Shown here: in pieces, positions 1 through 13,080 of the stretch
Layout: each line of letters begins with the position of its first letter
Numbering within the stretch: position 1 is the stretch's first letter
Notes under the pieces: model-generated
The model's database searches: none
Told to the model about the DNA's origin: nothing
Seen by the model: only the letters and a program-made list of their open reading frames with translations
Assembly (NCBI GenBank): GCA_951406725.2
Contig: OX597821.1
Location: 71,672,001-71,736,000, forward strand
From: Octopus vulgaris
Lineage: Eukaryota
Length of the DNA stretch: 64,000 nt
Direction: 5' to 3'
Translations under genes and position numbers: made by a program

Positions 1-135
1 GGTGGTGGATAAAGTGCACCACATATGCTATATAGTTGATGTTGCATGCCCCTTTGACCCACGAATAGTCAAGAAGGAAGGCGAAAAGATAGATAAACAC
101 AACTCTCTTAAGTACGAAATAGCTCGGATATGGAA
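1..135 (+). mobile_element. Fragment of the restriction-like endonuclease (RLE) domain of an R4-type non-LTR retrotransposon
   Basis: Frame 2 reads VVDKVHHICYIVDVACPFDPRIVKKEGEKIDKHNSLKYEIARIWK, matching the D-V-x-x-P / E-K-x-x-K(Y) pattern also seen in the RLE at 41759-42112. Confidence 0.75.
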
Positions 136-310
136 ATATAGTTGTCAGAGATAACGAAGGAGACAAATGCTTTCTAATCGATGTATCAATACCTACAGAT
201 GACAATGTTTCTTTAAAAGAAATGGAGAAACTTTCAAAATAGAAAGTTCGGGAAATAGAGGTAACTTGAATGTGGAGTCTAAAAAGAGAAACAATTCCTC
301 TCATAGTAGG
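136..310 (+). mobile_element. Decayed RLE fragment of the same family as the element at 40609-42209
   Basis: Collinear nucleotide match to about 41802-41975 (atatagttgtcagagat...acaattcct.tcatagtagg), with stop codons. Confidence 0.85.
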
Positions 311-461
311 AACAACGATGTTCCAGTGCTTTCCATTCAAATCAATCTGTTTCCTCCAATGGACTCTCCATAACTCCAGGATTCTTCATGTTGCTTTTCG
401 TCGGTGAAGAGGCAAACTTTTCATTTTCAAAAATCAACACAATTCTAGAGGGTTGAGTTAT

Positions 462-806
462 TTTCTCTGCCTTTCATGGTTTCAGGGTCGATAAAATGAG
501 TACCAGTTGAGCACGGGGGTCGACTTACCCCTACCAAGAAAATGCTGGCTTTGTGCCAGAATTTGAAATCTTCCTCCTCATCATCATCATCATCGATATC
601 ACAAGGCGGTGAGCTGGCAAAAGCGCTTTTAGCATGCCGGACAAAATGCTTCCCGGCATGTCGTCCGTCTTCACGTTCAGAGTTAAAATTCCGCCGAGGA
701 GAACTTTGCCTCTCATGTTTTGGAGATCGATAAACTAAGTACCAGTTATGAACTGGGGTCGATGTAATCGACCTACTTCCTCCACCGAAATTAACCAAAA
801 TTTGAA

Positions 807-808
<2 letters not shown>
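462..808 (+). mobile_element. SINE family A (tRNA-derived): tail fragment 462-570 plus a decayed full copy 603-808
   Basis: Head ggcggtgagctggca and the shared core gcctttcat...gggtcgataaa...agtaccag, as in 4349-4580. Confidence 0.8.
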
Positions 809-854
<46 letters not shown>

Positions 855-899
855 GACACCATCATCACCATCATCATCATTATCAGCATCATCAGTAGC

Positions 900-973
<74 letters not shown>

Positions 974-1077
974 CAGCAGCAGCAGCAGCAGCGGCGGCAG
1001 AAGTAGTAGTAATAGTAGCAGCAGCAGCAGCAGCGGCAGAAGCAGTAGTTGTAGCAGTAGCAGCAGCAGCAGCAGCA
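808..1077. repeat. Compound trinucleotide microsatellite (ATT/ATC/GTA/GCA)
   Basis: Seen directly; explains the poly-L/V/A ORFs. Confidence 0.95.
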
Positions 1078-1567
1078 ATGTGTTATTAAAATGTTTATTT
1101 TCTCACATGAATATTTATTTTGTTTGTGAAGCCATTATCTCTGAAGAAGATACAGCTGTCCCATCTTAAAACGATGACGTCATGTCACTCTCACACCAAC
1201 AAGGCGACGACTAATGCATTTCATAGTTGACAATATGGCGACAAAACACTATTGCGTTGGAATCCGCCTCACTACTCAACTCTGAATTATTACTCTGTCT
1301 GTTGCTGCTGTTGTTACAAGATTTGTTAGAGTTCCCTCTTACAATATTTGTTCAATAATTCTTTGCCTTCTCTTCGACACACTTCTTGACGTCAAGTACA
1401 AACTGCTTGTCAAGTAGACGTCTGCATAGAAGACTATGGCGATATTTTGTAACGTGGGAAGAATTAATTTATGAGTGGCAACTCTCTGGTGTCTGGCACT
1501 GGTTACCGTCGTTAGCTGCTGGTCTTTAAGGAAACCAATAAACATGTAATGTTATACATGTGTGTAT

Positions 1568-1728
1568 GTGGCTGTGTGGTAAGAAGATTGCTTCCCAATC
1601 ATAGTTCCGGGTTCAGTCCCACTGCGTGGAACCTTGGGCAAGTGTTTTCTGCTATACCCTCGGGTCGATCAAATCCTGTGAATGGATTTGGCAGACGGAA
1701 ACTGAAAGAAGCCCATCATGTGTGCGTG

Positions 1729-1821
<93 letters not shown>

Positions 1822-2070
1822 ATGTATGTATGTATTTGTGTGTTTCTTTATGTCTGTGTTTGTCCCCCTTCCACCATCACTTGACAACCGATGATGGGGT
1901 GTTTACATCCCTCTGTCCTAGCGATTCGGCAAAAGAAACCAATAGAATACGTATTCGGCTTACAAAGAATAAGTCCTGAGGTTGATTTGTTCGACTAAAA
2001 CCCTCCAAGGCAGTGCTCCAGCATGGCTGCAGTCAACTGACTGAAACAAGTAAAAGAATAAAAGAATAAA
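1568..2070 (+). mobile_element. SINE family B (tRNA-derived, CORE-like central region, internal TA/TG microsatellite, TAAAAGAA tail)
   Basis: Head tggctgtgtggtaag (A box), gggttcagtccc (B box), accttgggcaagtg, tail gctccagcatggc.gcagtcaa.tgactgaaacaagtaaaagaa; about 12 copies or fragments in the window. Confidence 0.85.
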
Positions 2071-4183
2071 ATAATATGTGTACACACACAAACAATAGAA
2101 AAAATAAAATTGAAAATAAACTGGTTGGCTAAAGAGGAGAGAAAAAGAAAGAACACTAACGCAGAAATGAGATACGAGAGCAGCTTCTGGAGAGGAGTTG
2201 AGGGGAAATGGTTGAAGGAGAAAGCTGTGTTGAATCTGTGCTTGTAATTAGAATTAAAATCTACAGATCTCTGGGTTGACCTTTCGTAAAGTGAAGCTGA
2301 AAAGGCCGTCTAGGTTCTCCTACTGACTCGCCTTCTTTTGACAACGCTCACACATACCACCAGACACTCACACCTCACACACACACACACACACATACAC
2401 AATACATACACACGTAAATGTGTGTTCATACGTAGTTATATATTCATATACACAATAATACAGATATACAGATACACATGTAAACGTCATACACATCAGC
2501 ATTGCAAATATAGTCAGTGATAGAATACAAACACTTGTGAATGTGTACACACACACACACACATACACACACAAAGAATTCATTTACACGTTTGTATATA
2601 ATGCATGGCGTATCGTTTACAATTTTATTTCTATAGTTCCGTTAGAAAAATCCCGCACAGACTTTTAGTGTATTAAATTTGGAGAAGGGCGAAAAGCAGC
2701 CTTGCTCCTCTTAACGGAAATTTTATCTTGGAGGCCCTTCCTCCGTATTCCAGCGCAATTATACTTATACTTTAAAATGACTAACGAATGATGAATATTT
2801 CCAAAGATAGAATATTTCATTTCTCTATGTGCATCATTTACATCTGCACCGAATGGAAGTATTTACGTATGCGTCTTAACGGATTGGAATGCACCATCTC
2901 AGATACTCTTTCCGGATCGCTTGATGGATTGCAGCAATGAATCTATCATCGAAATATGGCAGTCTCAAGAAACACAATCTCTGGAAGTGTGGCCTTTCCT
3001 TTCATGGATAATAGCATTCTGGTGGTTGACGAGAGACGGCGTGGAACCGTTATTCTGCAAGAAGCTTCAAGAATCTCTTGGTAGTGACGGGTTTGTTTGC
3101 TGTTTTATTAAATCTTTTGAGTATCCGATAAATTTTGCATCGAATGAAGGTGGCTTTGCATCTAAACATCAGAACTGTGCTGACCTATAACAATCTGGGT
3201 TTGCATACCACTTCTGGAATTCTACCGACTTATTAATTAGAAAACCGTTCGAACACACTAGAAGTATAAATATCTGTTTCGAGAGAGTTGTACTAATGGG
3301 GAAACTTCTATGTGATCCAACATAAAAACTTCTACATTCGCTTTAATGAGTGGAAATAACATCAAAATCTCTGAAAGATTCCTTGAATAATGTTGTCTGA
3401 GATACAGAAAAATGAGATGAAGTGGTTGTTGTTGGGTTGAACAGAAATAAAATTACAAGGAATGGCGGAAATGTCACAGTAAAACATGGCAGATTAAGCT
3501 CGGCAAGAAAGTTACAAGGAAAATGCCATATTCAATTTTAATACTATAAATAATAGCTAAAGTAATTATATAAATATTTCAAGTTGCTTACTAAGTAGTA
3601 ATTTATGAATGTCTATAATGACAACACAATTTCCATAATGGTATCTGCGTATGAAACAAAATGGCGTCTTATTCAGTATCTTACGTGTAAAACAATGTAA
3701 CAAAAACCATTGCATCCTTATTTCATTTGATGTTTTTCTGCGACTGTTTTTCTCGTGTGACATTTTGCTTGCATTCACGACAAAAATAATGACGGACCTA
3801 TGGCACTTACGTAACACGACAACATATATGCAATTGGCCCGCAAGATTTGAAACCGAAACAAGGTGAGAGTAAAGAACATGAACAGTCGTATTGTAGCAT
3901 CTATTTAAAGTGAGTTGAGGTTGATGTCGAGTGACACTTAAGTGAGGTTAATGTTAACATATTTAATGTTGTGTGAGCATAAATAAGTGTAAATAGAAAC
4001 ACATGACGAGGAAAGAACGTAAGCAGTTTAATGGCGAATATTGTTATTTATTTTGGTAAGGGAGACAACTTCAGACTTGGTTTAGTCTTAATTAACCTCC
4101 TTAGTGAAACGTAAACTCCGACTTATACGACAAAATCATGATTAGAAAACCACAGTATAGATTTTTAATATTGAGCACAAACA

Positions 4184-4617
4184 CCGTATTTAATGACATA
4201 TAAGACGCACATTTTAAAAAAATTGTTTCATAAATCACCCTGGGTCCTAAATGCCAAGTGAAACCTATATTGCTTGTTTTAACGCAAAAAAAACTTTTCT
4301 TTGATAAGCGCTGTTGAAACTGGAGTGCGTCTAATACAGCCGTGCACAGGGCGGCAAGCTGGCAGAAACGTTAGCACGCCGGGCGAAATGCTAAGCGGTA
4401 TTTCGTCTGCCGCTACGTTCTGAGTTCAAATTCCGCCGAGGTCGACTTTGCCTTTCATCCTTTTGGGGTCGATTAAATAAGTACCAGTTACGCACTAGGG
4501 TCGATATAATCGACTTAATCCGTTTGTCTGTCCTGGTTTGTCCTCTCTGTGTTTAGCCCCTTGTGGGTAGTAAAGAAATAAATATAGCCGTGCATCTTTT
4601 TATGCTCACGAATACGG
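4184..4617. mobile_element. pogo/Tigger-type MITE interrupted by a family A SINE
   Basis: Imperfect TIRs ccgtatttaatgacatataagacgcac (4184) and gtgcatctttttatgctcacgaatacgg-ta (to 4617). Confidence 0.6.
4349..4580 (+). mobile_element. SINE family A, full-length, with 14-bp target site duplication
   Basis: Pol III boxes (agctggcagaa; gagttcaaattcc). TSD aatacagccgtgca 4333-4346 / aatatagccgtgca 4581-4594. Confidence 0.9.
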
Positions 4618-5061
4618 TAAGCATGGAAAATTAATCCCTGCGACCATTTATTCAAGGATACAATTTGCATGAAAAAAATTAGCAAAGTTACATTTTTCTT
4701 TCCTCGCTCCCATAATTCAACAACCGATTTTCATGCCGATCACGTCCTACTTCATCAATTAACCTCAGTGATATAATTATTTTAAATGATGCGGCAACAA
4801 CTTAGTTGCTGTGCCATCAGACAATTGCCAACCAACCTCTGCAATGGTATGCAGATGTCTGTGACATGTCTACGACTAACCCATTTCACTGTTGCTATTA
4901 TGCTTTCTTAAATATGGAAAATAAAGAGAAAAGTGCCAAGAGCAATAATGACATTTTCGAGTTTTCATTGGCGCTTTGCTGAAATAGATTCTGCTAAAGA
5001 GAAATTAGAAGTAAGAGCATGTTCAGTAGTAGATACAATACACATGCGCACATACCTCCAT

Positions 5062-5092
<31 letters not shown>

Positions 5093-5389
5093 TTGTTTAC
5101 TGTTCCGTTAAGGTAAGATCACCAATAAAAGCAATAAAAGTACTCCATCCAGTGAGAGATAAGTTTCATTTAATGTATACAGTATAAAGATACGAGGTAC
5201 GAATAGTTTCTTGCTTTGGAGACGCGGGTCCAGACAGGTTTTTCTTAAAAACACACCTCGAAAGATTGGTTGGAGACCCAAGCGTATTACAGAAACCTGC
5301 CTAGACCCGCATCTTTGCACACACACACACACATATATATATATATTATATATGTGTGACACACATACATATATGTATTATATATATAT

Positions 5390-5508
<119 letters not shown>

Positions 5509-5557
5509 ATAATTTTGATCGGCCCTTGAGTCACTATATAGCTTCTACTAAATATTT

Positions 5558-5979
5558 TATTTCTTTATTGCTCACAAGGGGCTAAACATAGAGGGGACAA
5601 ACAAGGACAGACAAAGGGATTAAGTCGATTACATCGAGCCCAGTGCGTAACTGGTACTTATTCAAATCGACACCGAAGGGATGAAAGGCAAAGTCGACCT
5701 CGGCGGAATTTGAACTCAGAACGTAATGCCAGACGAAATACCTATTTCTTTACTGCCCACAAGGGGCTACACACAGAGGCGACAAACAAGGACAGACAAA
5801 CGGATTAAGTCGATTATACCGACCCCAGTGCGTAACTGGTACTTATTCAATCGACCCCGAAAGGATGAAAGGCAAAGTCGACCTCGGCGGAATTTGAACT
5901 AAAAACGTAGCGGGAGACGAGACGAATTACCGCTAAGCATTTCGCCCGGCGTGCTAATGATTCTGCCAGCTTGCCGCCC
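5558..5979 (-). mobile_element. SINE family A, head-to-tail dimer (full monomer plus headless second unit)
   Basis: Reverse complement of 4349-4580, followed by a second unit joined near 5742. Confidence 0.9.
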
Positions 5980-6013
5980 TTTGCGAAATATTAATATTAA
6001 TGTATGCATATAT

Positions 6014-6096
<83 letters not shown>

Positions 6097-6824
6097 TGTA
6101 TGTATGTATGTATGTATGTATGTATGTATGAATGTATGTAGGTAACATTTCGCAGGCGTTCACAAACAGACTAAACGTTAGAGGTTTATTTCTTTCTTCA
6201 TGTTTATTTCCATTTCATTCTTGTAATCCACGATAATTGTTTATCTAGCGCTGATTCCAGAGCTGACAGATTCCTCAACTGCCAAACATACATTTACAGG
6301 TTCAATTTCTACAGCTCCTCCCTCTACACTGACAACGTCCCGTGTGTAGCGTAGCATCCATCACGTCATTTCCAATTATGTTTCTCGCCTCTCCTAAACT
6401 CTGCCACGCCACTCGTCGTAGAAAGAACGTTCGCGAGTTGGTTGAAAGCTTTGCCTTTCAGAGCCTCACCGAATCGTGGCTGGTTTTTTTTCACAGCAAC
6501 AAGTCTGTCCTCACCAATATTCACACTGTTTTATTACTTTAGTAGAATATAAATAAAACCTTGGCAATCAGATCAAACTAAAATCGGGATGAAGATCATA
6601 GATAACAATGGCAGACATTGAAATGGTAGAGAAGAGAAGGGAGGAAAAAAAAAAAAATTCTGGACCTAAAAATAGGTCTCTTAAAATTTGTCATTAAAAT
6701 GTCTAGGAACTGCATCACGTGAACCTTGTGTATATATTTTGACAAACAAAGAAATACAAATGCAAATAGACGACACTCAAGCGCATACACATGCATAAAC
6801 GCTCACACACAAACACCATATATA

Positions 6825-6873
<49 letters not shown>

Positions 6874-6947
6874 CTCTATCTATCTGTCACTTTCCCTCTC
6901 TCTCTCTCTCTCTCTGTCTCTCCCTCTCTCTCTAAATATATATATAT

Positions 6948-7400
6948 ATGGCTGTGTGGTAAGAAGCTTGCTCCCCAACCACAAGGTTCCGGGTTCAGTC
7001 CCACTATAGCCATCTACTATAGCCTTAACCCGGTCAGAGCCTTGTGAGTGGATTTGTTAGGCAGAAACTGAAAGAAGCCCGTCATATATATATATATATA
7101 TATATATACATACACACACACACATATATATATATACACATATATATATATGTATGCGTGTGTGTGTATGTATATGTACATATATCTGTGTATCTATGTT
7201 CGTCCCCCCATTACCGCTTGACAACCGGTGTTCGTGAGTTTACGTCCCCTAACTTTGCGATTGAGTGAAAGTAAACGATAGAATGGGTACTAAGCTGAAG
7301 AAATAAGTCCCAGGATCGATTTGTTTGACTACAAAACAAACCTTTCAATGTGGTGCTCCAGCTTGGCCGCAGTCAGATGATTGAAACAGGTAAAAGAGTA
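6948..7400 (+). mobile_element. SINE family B
   Basis: Collinear with 1568-2070, with a short internal deletion. Confidence 0.85.
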
Positions 7401-7744
7401 AATATATATATGTATATATATATATATATGTGTGTGTGCGTGTGTGTGTGAATATATATATATATATATATGAAATGTGTATGAATATATATATATTCAT
7501 TAACACACACATGCACACACACACACACGCACGCGCACAAACTCACACATATATTTACTTCTCAAGTATCCAAATGGTTACATTCCCAGAATCGCTATGA
7601 AGAACAATTTCGAATAAATATTCTCTGCCATATGTACTCTGTTCTCTTTCTCTCAGTTATACTTTCAAACACGCTCTCGCTCACACCTATACACCTATTA
7701 CAGTAAATATTAACTAGAGTACATACATACACACATACATACAT

Positions 7745-8543
7745 CAAATCAGTTTATCATGAACCAATAGCCAAATTACTACCTCCCACTTTGAAGGGTA
7801 TGCGTTTGCAATCCAGGAAAAGGAAATATCAACCAAACACCTGATGCACAAAAGGGACAGAGATACAGGAAAAGCAGTAAAATATGACAACTGATGCACA
7901 CTTTGCGGAATTCACACCAAAGGTATCACCCACATCATAAGTGGTTGTCCGAAAATGTCATCACAATATTATTTACCTGAATGTCGTCACGGTATTATCT
8001 ACGTTGTAGCTAGACCATTTTGCAATGAAATCCGTCAGAAGGATAACCCTAAGACAAAGAAATAAGAACCCTCAGTATAGTAGAAGCCATAGCCACTCAT
8101 AATAAAAATGATTACTGGCGGAATATCCCAGTGAAGGCCTCAATGAAATGTAAGCACAATAGACCTGATATAATGATTTGGAACAGAGAAGAGAAACTAT
8201 GTACAATGGTGGAAGTTAGCTGCCCTGCGGATGTTAACGTAAAGCTGAAGATCAGTGAAAAAGAGAACATTTATGCTGAACTATTTAGAAATCTGCAGTT
8301 AGTCTATCCAGATTACAAGTTCAGGTTTATACCTGTAATTATTGGGGTCCTGGGATATGTAACACACTGCCTGAATACCATACTTGAGAAATTAGGCTTC
8401 TCAAAGCCAGAAATGAGAAAGCTAATTCGAAAACTACAAATCCAATCCATCACTGGAACTGTAAAAATCTGTAAAACGTTCCAGAAGTTTATCATTTAAA
8501 TATATATGAGCATGTCTAGATATGTAACTATATGCATGAGCAG
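7745..8543 (+). mobile_element. 5'-truncated RLE non-LTR retrotransposon (R4-like) in a (TACA)n array
   Basis: Broken frame FEGYAFAIQEKEIST, CCHC knuckle CTLCGIHTKGITHIISGC, then ORF 8131-8499 KHNRPDI...VEVSCPAD...SEKENIY...IPVIIGVLG. TACA repeats on both flanks. Confidence 0.85.
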
Positions 8544-8570
8544 ACATACATACATAAATGCATACATACA

Positions 8571-8604
<34 letters not shown>

Positions 8605-8819
8605 CATACACACATGCATACACACATACATACATACATAAATACATGCATACATACACACATACATACATACATACATGCATACATAAATACATGCATA
8701 CATACACACATACACACATACATACATACACACATACAGACATACATACACACATACATAGACACATACATACATACATACATACATACATACAGACAGA
8801 CAGACAGACAGACAGACAT

Positions 8820-8884
<65 letters not shown>
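8543..8884. repeat. (TACA)n/(GACA)n microsatellite
   Basis: Seen directly. Confidence 0.95.
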
Positions 8885-8885
<1 letters not shown>

Positions 8886-9144
8886 TTATGAAACATGAGA
8901 AAAGACAGTTGAAAATGTTTTAGAAAGCCACTACGAAGACTCTAAATTTGCAAATTATGTTTCTTTGACGTTCTGAAACACGATTGAATAACCATATACA
9001 CGTGTGTGGATGTGTGGATGCATGCACTTAGTTATATTTTTCCTCCATGTCTTCTGTTGCTGTTTTTCAACCGTCAACAGGGATCGAACCAGGCGTGTGA
9101 CCAAGAGTATTCCAACAAAGATAAAACCGTTTCGCTTTTTAATG

Positions 9145-9184
<40 letters not shown>

Positions 9185-10180
9185 TAATGTAGACACCGGA
9201 TACCATGTCATACTCTTTTTAAGATGTGAGTATGTGGTATGCGGGACGTTTGGTTGTTATATCTAGCAGGGCGAGTGACCAAGTAGACGAAGCGTTTCGT
9301 TCGTTTTTCTTGTATCTTCATACATGAGCACATGTGTATATGGAGATACAGAGAGAAAGAAAGACAGAGGCAGAGAGAGGGAGAGAAAGACTGTGTGTCT
9401 ATGTCTGTGTGTGTGCGTGTATGTGTGTGCGTGTGCGTGTGTGCGGGGGTGTCTGCTATCCGTATCACGATAGAGGCCGACTCATTCAGACAGTGATGAG
9501 AGTTAGATGGACTCTATACAAATGTCTTCTAGTCTCAGCAGAGTCCTTGTGAAAATAATTCGTCATCCTTCAGCGACGGAGGAACCCACTCTGCCACTTG
9601 TGTTGTCGTCAGAAACAGTTTTACGGAATCTTAGCGCTAAGCGGACGAAAGAGAAATCTCTTCCGGCATTAAACACTGATCTTTTGTAAAGAACTTTTAT
9701 TCGTGAGAACTTTGAAACTCAGCACGGCAAGCGAACGAATAACTGCTGCTTGCACCGATTTCTCGCTGTTGAATTTTATCACCACCAACGACCGCCTAAA
9801 TCGAAGCAGGGTCCCGGCAACTCGGTCAGTCGCCTGGGGTGCCATGTACTTTTTAGTTTACATTTTCAGTTTTTCTCCTTGTGAAAGTTTTTTAAAAAAT
9901 TATACTTGTAAAGACTCCAAGTTCAGCTTGCTCGGAGCGCCAGCAACCCTTGGGTCGTCCCTCGATCAAGGTAGACATGATGGCCAAAGTGGCACCGCTT
10001 TGAACGCAGTAACGTTTAGATAACAGTAACAACAGCAACAAATGTGCGAGCGTTTTTGTCTGAGCAAGAAAGGTTTAACACGTTGTCCAGTTTAACTCAG
10101 CTCCCTGCTCCTGGAGTACTTGTACAGGAGTAGGCTCTGAGAATAATATCTAAGAAATATATATATATATATATATATAT

Positions 10181-10261
<81 letters not shown>

Positions 10262-10332
10262 CAATCCAGACAATATGTAATGCCCCTGACCCACTTCTCA
10301 TAGCAGTAGAGCAACGAAACTTAGCATAGTTA

Positions 10333-11306
10333 TTAGTCTTTTTCTACATAGGAAGCACCCAGACTTATGCATTTCTCCCATCGCTTGATGCAGCTCTGGA
10401 GACCGTTTTTGTAGAAGACCCCAGCTTGGTCCTCCAACCACCACGTGACTTCAGAAATCAAGGCTGCATCATCTGGGAAATGCTTTCAAAAACAACTTCA
10501 TGGCTGGGAAGAGGTGAAAATCAGAGGGTGCAAGGTCAGGAGAGTAGGGGGGATGGGGGAGGAGTTCATAGCCTTTGCTGATCTTGCCCCGCTTCTTGAT
10601 TTTGATAGCTTCTCTTAATTTCCTCAAAAGTGAAGCATAATAGGCTCCTGTAATTGTGGTACCCTTTGCCAGGAAATCTGTCATCACTGCTCCGTCCTGG
10701 TCCCAGAAGACTGTGAGCGTGACCTTGCCAGCGGAGGGCTGCACCCTTGCCTTCTTTGGAGGAGGTGAGTCACGGTGCTTCCACTGCATTGACTGGGCTT
10801 TGGACTCTGGATCATAGTGATGGACCCAGGTTTCATCCTGTGTAATCAGTCTTTTGAAAAATTTTGACTCATCTTCTTGGCACATCTCCAAATTCATCCT
10901 CGAACACTCGACGCGTTCTTGCTTCTGGAAAAGTGTGAGCAACCTGGGAATCCATCTGGCAGACACCTTTTGCATATGCAAATGGTCATGAATGATAGTT
11001 TCCACAGACCCGGCACTAATCTTGACCTCATGGGCTATTTGGCGAATAGTTATGCGTCGATCTTCCAAAATGGCAGCCTCAACTTGACGGACAGATGCCT
11101 CATCAATGGCAGAAGGGGTGACCACATCTGGGAGCTGTTTCCACAGAGTTCCGACCATGTTTGAATTCACGATGCCAGCGTTTTACAAGGTCATATGATG
11201 GGGCATCATCACCATAAGTTACTTTCATTTCATCAAAAGTCTCCCGTGGTGTGTGTCCTTTCAAATACAAAAACCAGATCACTGCTCGACACTCAACAGG
11301 CTCCAT
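10333..11306 (-). pseudogene. mariner (DD34D-type) transposase pseudogene
   Basis: N-terminal HTH (ORF 11103-11306), frameshift, then WIPRLL, ITQDETWVHHYDPE, VFWD and HPPYSPDLAPSDFHLF. The HDNA segment with the second catalytic Asp is deleted. Ends YVEKD-stop at 10333. TIRs not seen. Confidence 0.92.
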
Positions 11307-11418
11307 TTCACACTTGACTCAGTTCAAACACCCGTAAATCAGAAACCTCAATTAGTTCAGAGCTGTAATTTGCGACGTAATCTATAGAGATATAAATAAT
11401 TGCACATACAGGTAGAGG

Positions 11419-11448
11419 GGAAACTGAAAGAAGCCTGTCGTATGTATG

Positions 11449-11479
<31 letters not shown>

Positions 11480-11688
11480 GTGTGTTTGTGTATCTGTGTT
11501 TGTCCCCTTAGCATTGCTTGACAACCGATTCTGGTGTATTTACGTCCCCGTCACTTAGCGGACCGATAGAATAAGTACTGGGCTTACAAAGAATAAGGTC
11601 GATTTGCTCGACCAAAGGCGGTGCTCCAGCATGGCCGCAGTCAAATGACTGAAACAAGTAAAAGAGTAAAAGAGTAAAAGAGTAAAAG
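11419..11688 (+). mobile_element. SINE family B, 3' part
   Basis: ggaaactgaaagaagcc...gctccagcatggccgcagtcaaatgactgaaacaagtaaaagag tail. Confidence 0.85.
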
Positions 11689-12010
11689 ATATATATATGT
11701 ATAGCAATGAATAGTTTATGATGAATAGTTTATGATGAATAGTTTATATATATAAAGCAATGAATAGCTTATGATTAAACCATGGTATGCTTACTGAATC
11801 TTTAATCATCTCATAATAATGACTTTTATAACTTTTATTACTACCTCAGTCCATCTAAATGTATATATCTGTCGTTACCTTTCATAAAAAAACCTTCTCT
11901 TTTTTTATTTGCAATGTGCATTTCGTTGATTTTTCTTCTTTTCCCCTTACATTTCCACGTGTATTTTCTATTTTTCTGTAACACACACACACACACACAT
12001 ATATATATAT

Positions 12011-12081
<71 letters not shown>

Positions 12082-12364
12082 TGTGCATGACTGAAAATGT
12101 TCTTTACTAAAAAGCATTATTTAAAGAACGCCTGACGTGTTGCTCCGCAGAGCAAATAAACGTAAAAATTTTGAGATATGGAAACAAATATTGTTTCTTC
12201 AAATTGTTATGGCTTTCTTATATCTATGTTTGAAATCAATATATTCATGCGGGATTAGATATTAACATTCCACTTCCAGATATTGTAATCGATACCATTC
12301 CTTACTTACTATGGCGAAGAGAGATTCGTGATTTTATGTCTTTCAAAAACTTATTAATGGAATG

Positions 12365-12525
12365 AGGCGGCGAGGTGGCGGAGTCACTAGAATGCCGGAT
12401 AAGATGCCTTGCAACTTTGAGTTTGGTATTGTGAACGCCATGGTCAAATCGCGCGGAGTCTAGCTTCGCCCTTCCCCATTTCGGGCTATTGAAACAAAGC
12501 ACCAGTGAGTGCTGGGTTCGATATC
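12365..12525 (+). mobile_element. SINE family A, old degenerate copy
   Basis: ggcggcgaggtggcgga head and a decayed core. Confidence 0.5.
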
Positions 12526-12884
12526 TTGCCTGTTTTGTTCTTTTTCTAGGTTGAGGGAATACAAGAAAGAAGGAATCTCACAAACATTTTCCCACCTGCC
12601 TGGACACGACAATATAGAAAGGAAGGAACCAGTTACATATATTAACCGAAACCAATTGGGAGAATTTGAAGACTTTAATGTCAAACGATTGCACCGTATT
12701 TGCTATATTAACAGGAACATTATATAATACGAGCAAAACGTCCCCTGTCCAATGGACGGTGCTGAGTTGTCAAACATTTAAACCAAATTTTCTGAAAACA
12801 ACTTGTCCGACCGTCCCATAGGCCTCCCCTTTGAGAAACACGGATTTAACCTAATTTTGCGACACCAGCAAAAGACGGGTTTCG

Positions 12885-13080
12885 ACTGATGTATTTGCGC
12901 GTACAAATGCACGTTCCCACGGCTTTATCGATCGCATTCTCACCTGGAATCGATTTTTGTAATTTTTTCAAGACCTATACACGCCCTAATACCGTTGGTA
13001 TCTACATATCGGGTGGAGGATGCCCGAGATCCTAGAAGGCTCACAAACAGACAGACATAACGGATTTTATATAATAGATT
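12885..13080 (-). mobile_element. Possible non-autonomous Helitron-like element
   Basis: Minus strand begins atctattatataaaa followed by tgtctgtctgt and ends with a short hairpin (cgtgcatttgtacg) shortly before the terminus. Confidence 0.35.

Noticed and set aside
1135-1190. CTGAAGA agat...atct TAAAAC GATGAC GTC hammerhead-like string
   Set aside because: The GAAA box is altered and stem I does not pair.
2880-3440. Possible decayed transposase around ORF 2921-3190
   Set aside because: No catalytic motif could be read with confidence.
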